Positions 56,349 through 64,000 of a stretch of 64,000 nt of DNA are shown here, one piece after another. The number at the start of each line of letters is the position of its first letter. Positions within the stretch are counted from its first letter, which is position 1. Source of the stretch: Bacteroidota bacterium (lineage in GTDB: Bacteria; Bacteroidota; Bacteroidia; Bacteroidales; P3); assembly GCA_017860255.1 (NCBI GenBank), contig JAFNAR010000007.1, positions 153 through 64,152 on the forward strand. The letters are read 5' to 3'. The notes beneath the pieces are model-generated. The model did no database searches and was not told the origin of the DNA. It saw only the letters and a program-made list of their open reading frames with translations. A program made the position numbers and the translations under genes.

Positions 56349-56951
56349 TTATTTTTGCTTTTTTTCTTTACGATTTACTCCACCTAAGAATTTTTGGAGT
56401 TTAATCTTTCTTTGCAATTGCATCATTGAATACAAGAAAGCTTCTGGTCTTGGAGGACATCCTGGTAAATATACATCTACAGGAATTATTTTATCAACAC
56501 CTTGAACAACATGATATGATTTTGTGAATGGACCTCCCCCTACTGCACAACCTCCAACTGCAACTACATATTTAGGTTCTGCCATTTGATCATATAATCT
56601 TTTTAATACAGGAGCCATTCTGTGAGTTATTGTTCCACAAACCATAATTAAGTCAGCTTGACGTGGGCTGGGACGAGTTACTTCAAAGCCAAAACGAGCC
56701 ATATCGTAACGAGCAGCTCCAATTGCCATGAATTCAATACCACAACAACTTGTTGCAAAAGTTAAAGACCATGGTGAGTTTGCCCTTCCCCAATTGATTA
56801 CATCATCAACTGCTCCTAATATTACATTTGCTCCATTAGCATTTAGCTCTGCTGCCATTTTTTCCAATGACTCATTGTCTTGGAATTCTTCGTATTTAAT
56901 TGATTTTATCTTTGGTTTTTTTAATCCCATGTTAAAGCTCCTTTCTTCCAT
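56349..56951 (-). CDS. nuoB: NADH-quinone oxidoreductase subunit B
   Basis: N2 cluster ligand motifs SCCGIEFM, GGCAVGGGPF and LPGCPPRPE. The alternative ATG at 56930 gives the ATGnnnnTAA-type overlap with the nuoA stop. Confidence 0.9.
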   Translation of the reverse strand: MEERSFNMGLKKPKIKSIKYEEFQDNESLEKMAAELNANGANVILGAVDDVINWGRANSPWSLTFATSCCGIEFMAIGAARYDMARFGFEVTRPSPRQADLIMVCGTITHRMAPVLKRLYDQMAEPKYVVAVGGCAVGGGPFTKSYHVVQGVDKIIPVDVYLPGCPPRPEAFLYSMMQLQRKIKLQKFLGGVNRKEKKQK

Positions 56952-57271
56952 GCATATGCCAATCCTCCAACTAGAACTATAAAGAAAAATAAAACACTAA
57001 TAATTGCATCAACACCTAAATCTCTAACAACAACAGCCCAAGGGAAAAGAAACACTGTTTCAACATCAAAAATTAGAAATAGAACTGCAAAAAGATAATA
57101 GCCAACCCTAAATTGCATCCATGATTTTCCTCTTGTAGGAATACCACACTCATATACTTCTCCCTTTTGGGGATTATAAGAACGAGGTGATAATAATTTT
57201 GCAATCCAATAAGCTGCAAAAACTAAAGCAAACGCAGTTAAAACAGCTGTAATCAGTAAAATAAAATTCAT
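56921..57271 (-). CDS. nuoA: NADH-quinone oxidoreductase subunit A
   Basis: 116 aa, three TM helices. YECG...F....Y.FA.LF.IFDVE..FLFPWA motif. Confidence 0.9.
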   Translation of the reverse strand: MNFILLITAVLTAFALVFAAYWIAKLLSPRSYNPQKGEVYECGIPTRGKSWMQFRVGYYLFAVLFLIFDVETVFLFPWAVVVRDLGVDAIISVLFFFIVLVGGLAYAWKKGALTWD

Positions 57272-57339
57272 AATTATCTCTCCATTTAAAAATATTATTT
57301 ATTAAAAAAGGTCTCCGAAAAATAGTCGCAAATTTTTTG

Positions 57340-57347
57340 CAAAGTTA
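57340..57347 (-). promoter_or_regulatory. Bacteroidota-type -7 box for the nuo operon
   Basis: Plus-strand caaagtta is taactttg on the minus strand (TAnnTTTG), about 69 nt upstream of the nuoA ATG. Confidence 0.4.
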
Positions 57348-57546
57348 ATAATATATTACTTCCTTCAGAAAATTTTACTAATAAATCTATTTCAAAAATC
57401 TTATTTAACGGATTTACAAAAGAATAAATTAGAGCGTAAACATCTAATCTATAATCATTTTTTTCGCACATTTAAGCCATAAAATAAAGAATTGATACCC
57501 AAGAAACATAGAGTTTATCAATGCAAAACAAGGTTTTTATGAATTT

Positions 57547-57647
57547 AAATAAGGAGTTTGTGAAGGCGAAATGGCATTTCTCCTTCATAAAGATAAGGAT
57601 TAAGGGTCGTCTTTACTTTGTTTTAAGGCCGTTTAATCCTTGTATAA
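57547..57647 (+). repeat. Copy B of the two-copy structured intergenic element (plus-strand orientation)
   Basis: aaataaggagtttgtgaaggcgaaatggcatttctcc...ataaggattaagggtcgt...ttaatccttgtataa is collinear with the reverse complement of 34220..34297. It contains a 9-10 bp internal stem, aaggattaa / ttaatcctt. Confidence 0.6.
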
Positions 57648-57680
57648 TTTCACTCAAGTGCTTAATTATGTTCTATAACA

Positions 57681-57739
57681 AAAAGAACAAATCATAATTC
57701 AAATAAAAACATTTAAATGAATTATGATTTGTTCTTTTT
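57681..57739. terminator. Long perfect hairpin (20-bp stem), bidirectional terminator after the mmd operon
   Basis: aaaagaacaaatcataattc (57681-57700) pairs perfectly with gaattatgatttgttctttt (57719-57738) over an 18-nt loop, with A/T runs on both sides. Confidence 0.7.
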
Positions 57740-57805
57740 ACAATAATAAATTATATCAATTTCTAAAGTAAGAAATAATATAAACTTACTTCTTTTGTAT
57801 TGTTA

Positions 57806-57946
57806 TTATTTCTTTTTTTCATCTTTGTATGGGAAGATTTTATCTATCCCAACAATTACAAAGTAAAAAACTGCCATAAAAATAAATACAGTTGCAATTC
57901 CTATACCAGAAATTTCTAATGCTTTATATAAAAACTCTAAATTCAT
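57806..57946 (-). CDS. Unannotated 46-aa single-TM protein, OadG/Mmd small-subunit-like
   Basis: My own translation: MNLEFLYKALEISGIGIATVFIFMAVFYFVIVGIDKIFPYKDEKKK. ATG at 57946, TAA at 57806-57808, 20 bp downstream of mmdB. The GIG...VF.FL hydrophobic helix resembles the membrane anchor of decarboxylase gamma/delta subunits. Too short for the ORF track. Confidence 0.45.
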   Translation of the reverse strand: MNLEFLYKALEISGIGIATVFIFMAVFYFVIVGIDKIFPYKDEKKK

Positions 57947-57966
57947 AATCTTATTATTTTTAAGGG

Positions 57967-59112
57967 TTAAAGAAATAGAGGAACTAACATTAATAATAAT
58001 CCTCCAACAATTACAGAACCAATTTGTCCTCCAACATTAGTACTAATCGCTGGCATTAACAAATAATTGGTAGGATCTTCCTTAAGTCCCATTCCATGAA
58101 TTACACGTGCCGACATTGGAAAAGCCGAAATACCACAAGCTCCTACCATAGGATTAATTCTATTTTCGGGTTTCATAAACTTATTCATCAGCTTAGCAAA
58201 AAGTACCCCACCGGCTGTATCAAATACGAATGCAAAAATACCAAGTCCAAGAATCATTAAAGTATCTAATTGGACAAAGCGTTCTGCTGTCATAGTGCTT
58301 GCAATTGTAATACCAAGTAATATTGTAACAAGATTTGCTAATTCCTTTTGTGCAGTTTGAGATAATGAATTTAAAACTCCACATTCACGAATTAAGTTAC
58401 CAAACATCAAAAATCCAATTAATGCTAATGATGATGGAGCAATCAATCCTGCTAAAATAGTAATTACGATTGGGAAAAGAACTAATGTTGTACGAGAAAC
58501 CTTTTTATTTGAATTAGTTTTCATGTGCATTTGACGTTCTTTCTTTGATGTAAGCAATTTAATTACTGGTGGCTGAATAATAGGCACAAGTGCCATATAA
58601 GAATATGCAGCTACAGAAATTGCTGGTAAAAGATCTTTTGCAAATTGATTTGCCACAATAATTGATGTAGGACCATCAGCAGCACCAATAATACCAATTG
58701 AAGCAGCTTGTTTTAAATCAAATCCAAATATAGTAGCTAAAATCATTGTTATAAAAATACCAAATTGAGCCGCAGCACCAAAAAGTAATAAGCTTGGACG
58801 TTGAAATAGTGGTGAGAAATCAATCATTGCTCCAATAGCAATGAAAATTAGTAGAGGGAAAAGTTCTGTTGCAATCCCAGCATCAAATAATACATTCAAT
58901 GCACCAACTATAGTTTCTCCTCCTTGAACTTGTGTAAGAACAGCAGAGAAAGGGAAGTTTACAAGTATTGCTCCAAATCCCATTGGCAAAAGCAATGTTG
59001 GTTCATATTGCTTTTTTACTGCTAAAAAAATTAGCGTTAATCCAACAGCAATCATAACCAAATGTTGCCAAGTCATTCCTGCAATAGCAGGCATTAATTC
59101 ATTAAATTCCAT
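57967..59112 (-). CDS. mmdB: Sodium ion-translocating decarboxylase beta subunit (methylmalonyl-CoA decarboxylase MmdB / OadB family)
   Basis: 381 aa, polytopic. IGIIGAADGPTSI and the ...NPMVGACGISAFPMSARV motifs of the OadB/MmdB/GcdB family. Confidence 0.85.
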   Translation of the reverse strand: MEFNELMPAIAGMTWQHLVMIAVGLTLIFLAVKKQYEPTLLLPMGFGAILVNFPFSAVLTQVQGGETIVGALNVLFDAGIATELFPLLIFIAIGAMIDFSPLFQRPSLLLFGAAAQFGIFITMILATIFGFDLKQAASIGIIGAADGPTSIIVANQFAKDLLPAISVAAYSYMALVPIIQPPVIKLLTSKKERQMHMKTNSNKKVSRTTLVLFPIVITILAGLIAPSSLALIGFLMFGNLIRECGVLNSLSQTAQKELANLVTILLGITIASTMTAERFVQLDTLMILGLGIFAFVFDTAGGVLFAKLMNKFMKPENRINPMVGACGISAFPMSARVIHGMGLKEDPTNYLLMPAISTNVGGQIGSVIVGGLLLMLVPLFL

Positions 59113-59121
59113 ACCTTATTA

Positions 59122-60159
59122 TTATTTTTCTGTTTCTTCTAATTTTTCTTCTATCTCTTTTCCGTCATCAACTTCTTCAGATATTACTTTTGAAATTATT
59201 ATTGAGAACAATAATGTAAACAAAATAATAGCTAAAGATATCCAAGAATAGTCATTGAAAAATTTTGCAATTGGTTCATACCAACCTAAAAGCATTTTTG
59301 CTCCAATAAAGAACAAAATAAAGCATACTCCGTGTTTAAGAAAACGGAACATTCCCATAATCCCTTTAAGTGCAAAAAATAGTGAAACCAATCCCATAAC
59401 AGCAAAAACATTACTACTTATTGCTAAAAAGTTCTTTTCTGCTAAATCTAAAACATCTGTTTCTCCAATTACTCCAATAATTGCAGGAATTGAATCCATT
59501 GAAAACAGAATATTTGTAGAGCCTAATACCAATAGACAAAGAAAAATCATAGTAAGGTGAGTTTTCCCATTAATTTTTGTAAAAAACTTTGGGGAATGAA
59601 CATCGGGGTCTATAGGAAAAAGCTTTGAAGCCAATTTATACAAAATATTTGTTTGGGGGTTAACAGTATCTTCTTCTTTTGAAAATAACATTTTAAATGC
59701 AGTCCAAACAAGAAGTAAACCAAACAAATAAATTAACCACTCAAATTTTTGCAATAATGACATTCCTAAAAATATAAATAATACTCTTAGGACAATAGAA
59801 ATCAAAATACCCAATTTTAGTAATCTCGGTTGATTTTCTTTATTGATTGCCATCATTGAGAAAATCATAATAAACACAAATAGGTTATCTACGGAAAGAG
59901 AATATTCTGTCAAATATCCTGAAATGAATTTTATTCCCATTTCGGTAGATGTTTTTGCGTCAGTACCTGGATTTTGAGGGAAGAATAAAAATATTGCGAG
60001 ACCAAAAAGTAGAGCAATACTAATCCATAATGCAGTCCAAGATAAAGAAGATTTAATAGAAATTTCTTCATGACGATGTCCTGTTGCATACATGTCAATT
60101 ACATAAACTATTAGGAAAATTACAATAAATGCAATCCACCACCAAGTTAATACACTCAT
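59122..60159 (-). CDS. TerC family integral membrane protein
   Basis: 345 aa. LTEYSLSVDNLFVF and a second half-repeat ...LFSMDSIPAIIGV... typical of TerC/Alx. Gaps of 12 bp and 9 bp to the flanking mmd genes. Confidence 0.75.
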   Translation of the reverse strand: MSVLTWWWIAFIVIFLIVYVIDMYATGHRHEEISIKSSLSWTALWISIALLFGLAIFLFFPQNPGTDAKTSTEMGIKFISGYLTEYSLSVDNLFVFIMIFSMMAINKENQPRLLKLGILISIVLRVLFIFLGMSLLQKFEWLIYLFGLLLVWTAFKMLFSKEEDTVNPQTNILYKLASKLFPIDPDVHSPKFFTKINGKTHLTMIFLCLLVLGSTNILFSMDSIPAIIGVIGETDVLDLAEKNFLAISSNVFAVMGLVSLFFALKGIMGMFRFLKHGVCFILFFIGAKMLLGWYEPIAKFFNDYSWISLAIILFTLLFSIIISKVISEEVDDGKEIEEKLEETEK

Positions 60160-60171
60160 AATCTGTATATA

Positions 60172-60588
60172 TTATCCAATTAATACTAAGACTGCACCTT
60201 CCAATACAGTCTCGCCCTTTGTTACTTTAATCTCCTTAATTACACCATCACAGTCTGCATTAATGGCATTTTCCATTTTCATAGCTTCTAATGACATTAT
60301 TTGCTGTCCTTTACTAACAGATTCTCCAACACTGCAGGTAATATCTAAAATTAATCCTGGAAGTGGAGATTTAACTGTTGAAGCAGCACTACCTTGAGCA
60401 GAAGATGAAGTAGAAGCTTGAGTTGCTTGAGCAGCTCTTTTAACTGGTTTAGAAATCTGCTGTTCTGACTGCTCAATAATAACATCATAAGCAACGCCAT
60501 TTACTTCAACTTTGGCATTTGTGTCATCAATACTATCTATTGCAACTTCGTAAACGTTGCCATTAATTTTATATTTAAAATTTTTCAT
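60172..60588 (-). CDS. mmdC: Biotin carboxyl carrier subunit (biotinyl domain) of the decarboxylase
   Basis: 138 aa. Ala/Ser/Gln-rich linker, then the biotinylation motif LEAMKMEN. Confidence 0.85.
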   Translation of the reverse strand: MKNFKYKINGNVYEVAIDSIDDTNAKVEVNGVAYDVIIEQSEQQISKPVKRAAQATQASTSSSAQGSAASTVKSPLPGLILDITCSVGESVSKGQQIMSLEAMKMENAINADCDGVIKEIKVTKGETVLEGAVLVLIG

Positions 60589-60591
60589 TTC

Positions 60592-60825
60592 TTATTTTCT
60601 TATAGGTAATTCTTTTAATGCGTAAATTTTAGAATTCCAAGGTGAATATGTATTCGCCGTTCTTTGTATGGTTAAAATTCCACTTTCTTCATCATGATAT
60701 TCAGTTGAAGAAAAAATAGCCATTGCTATTGCAGCATAGATTTCATCAGATACTTTTGCAGAAGATGAAGATTGATTAGATTCTTCAGGTTCTACATTTT
60801 CTTTCTTTCTTTTCCAAAAACTCAT
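60592..60825 (-). CDS. Small soluble protein in the canonical small-subunit slot of the mmd operon
   Basis: 77 aa with no TM helix. EIYAAIAMAI...HDEESGILTI...YSPWNSK. Sits between the carboxyltransferase and the biotin carrier, with 11-bp and 3-bp gaps. Confidence 0.5.
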   Translation of the reverse strand: MSFWKRKKENVEPEESNQSSSSAKVSDEIYAAIAMAIFSSTEYHDEESGILTIQRTANTYSPWNSKIYALKELPIRK

Positions 60826-60836
60826 AGCAATATTTT

Positions 60837-62396
60837 TTATAGTGGAATATTATCGTGCTTTTTAGCAGGATTAGATAATTTCTTAGTTGATAATTGTTGA
60901 AGAGCACGAATTACTCTGAAACGAGTATTTCTTGGCTCAATAATATCATCTATATAACCATATTTTGCAGCATCATAAGGATTAGCGAACTTTTCATTAT
61001 ATTCTTTTTCTTTTTCAGCTATAAAAGCTGCTTTAGCTTCTTCTGATTCTATCTTTTTAAGATCTCTACCATAAAGAATTGCTACAGCTCCACTTGCTCC
61101 CATAACTGCAATTTCTGCACTTGGCCAAGCATAGTTAATATCTCCACGTAATTGTTTACATGACATAACATCGTGAGCTCCGCCATAACTCTTTCTTAAA
61201 GTAACTGTAACCTTTGGAACAGTTGCTTCGCCGTATGCATAAAGGAATTTTGCTCCGTGAATAATAATTCCGTTGTATTCTTGAGCTGTTCCAGGTAGGA
61301 ATCCAGGTACGTCAACTAAAGTAACGATTGGAATATTGAAAGCATCGCAGAAACGAACAAAACGAGCTCCTTTTCTTGAAGCATTAATATCTAAAACACC
61401 TGCCATACAATTAGGTTGGTTAGCAACAATACCAACAGATGCTCCGTTGAAACGAGCAAAACCTACAACTAAATTTTTAGCAAAATGTTCGTGTACTTCT
61501 AAAAATTCTCCATTATCAACTATTCCGTTAATTACATCCTTAACATCATAAGGTTTGTTTGGATTTTCAGGGATTATTGTATTTAGATAGTCGTCTAATC
61601 TATTGATTGGATCATTGCATGGAACTACAGGAGCATCTTCCATATTGTTTGAAGGAAGATATGCCATTAACTTACGAATCATAAGTAAACCTTCAGTTTC
61701 ATTATCAACAACAAAATGAGTTACACCTGATTTAGATGCATGAACCATTGCACCACCCAAATCACCATCTGTTACTTCTTCACCAGTTACAGTTTTAACA
61801 ACTTTTGGTCCAGTAACAAACATATAACTATTTTCTTTTGACATCATAATAAAGTCAGTAAGAGCTGGAGAATAAACTGCTCCTCCTGCACAAGGTCCAA
61901 AAATAGCAGATATTTGAGGAATAACTCCAGAAGCCAAAATATTACGTTGGAATATTTCTGCGTATCCTGCTAATGAATTAACTCCTTCTTGAATACGTGC
62001 TCCACCTGAATCGTTAAGTCCAATAACTGGTGCACCAACCTTCATTGCTTGATCCATAACTTTGCATATTTTCTTTGCAAAGTATTCAGAAAGTGATCCT
62101 CCGAATATTGTGAAATCTTGAGAAAATACATAAACTAAACGTCCATCAATTGTTCCACATCCTGTAACAACACCATCAGTCATAAACACGCTGTCTTGCA
62201 TCCCGAAGTCAGTGCAACGATGAGTTACAAACATGTCAAATTCTTCAAAGGAACCTTCGTCTAATAGTATTTCAATACGTTCACGAGCTGTTAGTTTCCC
62301 TTTTGCATGTTGAGAGTCAATTCTTTTTTGTCCTCCACCTAATTTTGCTTCTTCTCTTTTATCAAGAAGTTGCTTTATTTGTTTTTCAAAAGTCAT
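60837..62396 (-). CDS. mmdA: Methylmalonyl-CoA carboxyltransferase (decarboxylase alpha subunit; PccB-type)
   Basis: 519 aa. [14 protein letters not shown] and the two crotonase-like carboxyltransferase halves ([24 protein letters not shown]). Confidence 0.85.
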   Translation of the reverse strand: MTFEKQIKQLLDKREEAKLGGGQKRIDSQHAKGKLTARERIEILLDEGSFEEFDMFVTHRCTDFGMQDSVFMTDGVVTGCGTIDGRLVYVFSQDFTIFGGSLSEYFAKKICKVMDQAMKVGAPVIGLNDSGGARIQEGVNSLAGYAEIFQRNILASGVIPQISAIFGPCAGGAVYSPALTDFIMMSKENSYMFVTGPKVVKTVTGEEVTDGDLGGAMVHASKSGVTHFVVDNETEGLLMIRKLMAYLPSNNMEDAPVVPCNDPINRLDDYLNTIIPENPNKPYDVKDVINGIVDNGEFLEVHEHFAKNLVVGFARFNGASVGIVANQPNCMAGVLDINASRKGARFVRFCDAFNIPIVTLVDVPGFLPGTAQEYNGIIIHGAKFLYAYGEATVPKVTVTLRKSYGGAHDVMSCKQLRGDINYAWPSAEIAVMGASGAVAILYGRDLKKIESEEAKAAFIAEKEKEYNEKFANPYDAAKYGYIDDIIEPRNTRFRVIRALQQLSTKKLSNPAKKHDNIPL

Positions 62397-62428
62397 TTAT
62401 TTTGTATGTTTTATATGTAATTTGATAT

Positions 62429-62830
62429 CTATTCAGAACATAATTCTGTTAAAATTCCCATAGTTGATTTTGGATGTAAAAATCCTATCTTCAAAGATTC
62501 AGCTCCTTGACGTGCTTGTTTATCTATTAATTTTACTCCAGCTTTTTCAACTTCTTCCAATGCTTGGTTTGTATTATCAACGGCGAATGCAATATGATGA
62601 ACCCCTTGACCTTTTTTCTCAATGAAAGATGCTATTGAACTTTCTGTAGAAGTAGCTTCCAACAATTCAATCTTTACATCTCCTACTTTAAAGAAAGCTG
62701 TTTTTACCTTTTGATCAACCACTTCCTCAATATTATAGCATTTTAATCCCATAACTTCTTCCCAATATTTAATTGCTTCTTCAAGATTTGAAACAGCAAT
62801 ACCAATATGTTCAATCTTTTTAAGTTTCAT
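62429..62830 (-). CDS. mce: Methylmalonyl-CoA epimerase (VOC fold)
   Basis: 133 aa. KIEHIGIAVSNLEEAIKYW...GVHHIAFAV...GFLHPKS..G.L.EL. Confidence 0.8.
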   Translation of the reverse strand: MKLKKIEHIGIAVSNLEEAIKYWEEVMGLKCYNIEEVVDQKVKTAFFKVGDVKIELLEATSTESSIASFIEKKGQGVHHIAFAVDNTNQALEEVEKAGVKLIDKQARQGAESLKIGFLHPKSTMGILTELCSE

Positions 62831-62919
62831 ATTTTATAAATTTTTTATGATTAATTATTCTAATTTCAACGAGTTTGCAAAGATAAAACAGTTTTTTTGT
62901 TTAAAGAAATAATTAGTAA

Positions 62920-63972
62920 TTAATCTAATTTCAAGCTATAAACAATCGACTCCAATTGCATAAGTTCATCTCTCTTTGTTTGGTTTGGAGCATACAAAAA
63001 GCAATCTATCATCACAAACTGATTATTTTTTTCATCATGGAAACAATAGTTTACAAATGGGCCTCCCATAAAATCATTATACAAACGCCACAATCCTCTT
63101 GTTTCAACGGCAGGCTTTCCATTTAAATTTATAGTTTTTCTATAATAAGGAAATCTCCCTTCCGAACCCATATAAGAACCTCTTGTCGGTCCAGGAATAT
63201 TTGCTTTGGAAATCTTATTTCTTAACTCAATAATCTTTTCTTCATTAAACATTCCATTTCCTAAAAATGGAGTTTTATAAACCATTATATTTAAAGTCTT
63301 TTGTTCTTTGTTTACTTTAAAATCTTTTCTAAACCATGCAAAATCATCTTCAAATATTGAAATCAAATATTCTTTTGAGAAAGCTAATGAAAACTTGAAT
63401 GTGGTTTTAAGTTTTTTGGTTATCTCAATATTTTCATAATTTCTAAATGCAGCAGCTACTCTTCTATGTTCGTTATCATAGAATTGACGAATAATGCTTG
63501 GAGAGTATTTAGAAATTAATGAGTATAAACTATCTCTATTATTAGCAATAATTTGGAAATATGCTTGAGGATAAGATTTATAATCTATTTTCTGAAAAAT
63601 TGTATTTTCTTTGTTTGTTGATTTAAAATCAATAATGAAAACATTCCTATGTTTTTGAAACATTTCTGATTTAAAGAAAGCATTTGGATTCATTTGAACA
63701 ACATCGAACAAAGGCTCTGGTTGAGAAAGACCTTCACAAGCTTTCATAAAATATCCTCCAATAGAATCTTTCAATTCTCCTTTATATATTTCGTCTGGAA
63801 TAACTAATATCATTTCCAGAGTTTTACCTCCTGAAGAAGGTAAATTTTGAGGATTTTCGGAAGTTGAAGTTTTAATCTCTCCATTTTTATTATCATTTTT
63901 TGAGCAACCAAGCACAAAAACAAAAGATAACACCATGAAAAATAATGCTATACTAAAATTTATTCTTTTCAT
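62920..63972 (-). CDS. Lipoprotein, unknown function
   Basis: 350 aa. Signal peptide with lipobox VLGC. No recognisable catalytic motif. Confidence 0.55.
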   Translation of the reverse strand: MKRINFSIALFFMVLSFVFVLGCSKNDNKNGEIKTSTSENPQNLPSSGGKTLEMILVIPDEIYKGELKDSIGGYFMKACEGLSQPEPLFDVVQMNPNAFFKSEMFQKHRNVFIIDFKSTNKENTIFQKIDYKSYPQAYFQIIANNRDSLYSLISKYSPSIIRQFYDNEHRRVAAAFRNYENIEITKKLKTTFKFSLAFSKEYLISIFEDDFAWFRKDFKVNKEQKTLNIMVYKTPFLGNGMFNEEKIIELRNKISKANIPGPTRGSYMGSEGRFPYYRKTINLNGKPAVETRGLWRLYNDFMGGPFVNYCFHDEKNNQFVMIDCFLYAPNQTKRDELMQLESIVYSLKLD

Positions 63973-64000
63973 ATACAGGAAAATTTAATTTGCAAATATC

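Noticed and set aside
57539-57697. 52-codon plus-strand ORF (MNLNKEFVKAKWHF...) overlapping intergenic element copy B
   Set aside because: The homologous copy A has a stop after 7 codons (MTLNKEF-stop) and frame changes. Conservation is therefore at the nucleotide/structure level, not the protein level.
62920-63972. Assigning a specific DUF name or function to the terminal lipoprotein
   Set aside because: I have only a vague recollection and no distinctive motif. It is left as a lipoprotein of unknown function.

Overview
AT-rich chromosomal window from a Bacteroidota genome. This is supported by T9SS type A and type B C-terminal sorting domains, gldD, TAnnTTTG -7 promoter boxes, an NDH-1 operon lacking nuoEFG, and a Na+-translocating methylmalonyl-CoA decarboxylase operon. 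Layout: (1) 0.1-1.9 kb: small lipoprotein/secreted genes, including a tandem paralog pair. (2) 2.1-13.3 kb: six tandem genes for mosaic BspA-type leucine-rich-repeat (LRR) surface proteins, all ending in a near-identical T9SS sorting domain; five of them are separated by only 15-18 bp. (3) 13.4-16.8 kb: three uncharacterised envelope genes. (4) 16.8-24.9 kb: minus-strand string of giant TPR protein, beta-barrel OMP, PorZ-like propeller T9SS protein and recO. (5) 25.4-29.2 kb: a choice-of-anchor-L/PKD T9SS type B cargo, then an N-terminally short gldE-like gene and gldD. (6) 29.3-39.0 kb: housekeeping genes (DUF5606-like, S4, POT transporter, ruvC, rsmI, trpS, glmS, DUF4301-like, M23/LysM peptidase). 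(7) 39.1-41.6 kb: small accessory cassette with a transposase N-terminal remnant, SAM methyltransferase, VOC/glyoxalase and a Vat-type streptogramin A acetyltransferase, bracketed by 21-nt imperfect inverted repeats. (8) 41.7-47.2 kb: Lys-rich secreted protein, NdpA-like, HAD, membrane protein, ABC-F. (9) 47.4-57.3 kb: nuoA-B-CD-H-I-J-K-L-M-N. (10) 57.8-64.0 kb: mce-mmdA-small ORF-mmdC-terC-mmdB-46 aa ORF, plus a lipoprotein. I saw no rRNA, tRNA, CRISPR array, integrase or intact transposase. The best novelty candidates are the modular LRR/T9SS cassette array, the IR-bracketed vat cassette, several structured intergenic repeats (a two-copy ~80-100 bp element, 21-bp phased repeats, a 14-bp-stem hairpin carrying 22-nt direct repeats), the DUF21-less gldE, and terC embedded in the mmd operon. 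All family calls come from motif recognition by eye, not from database searches.
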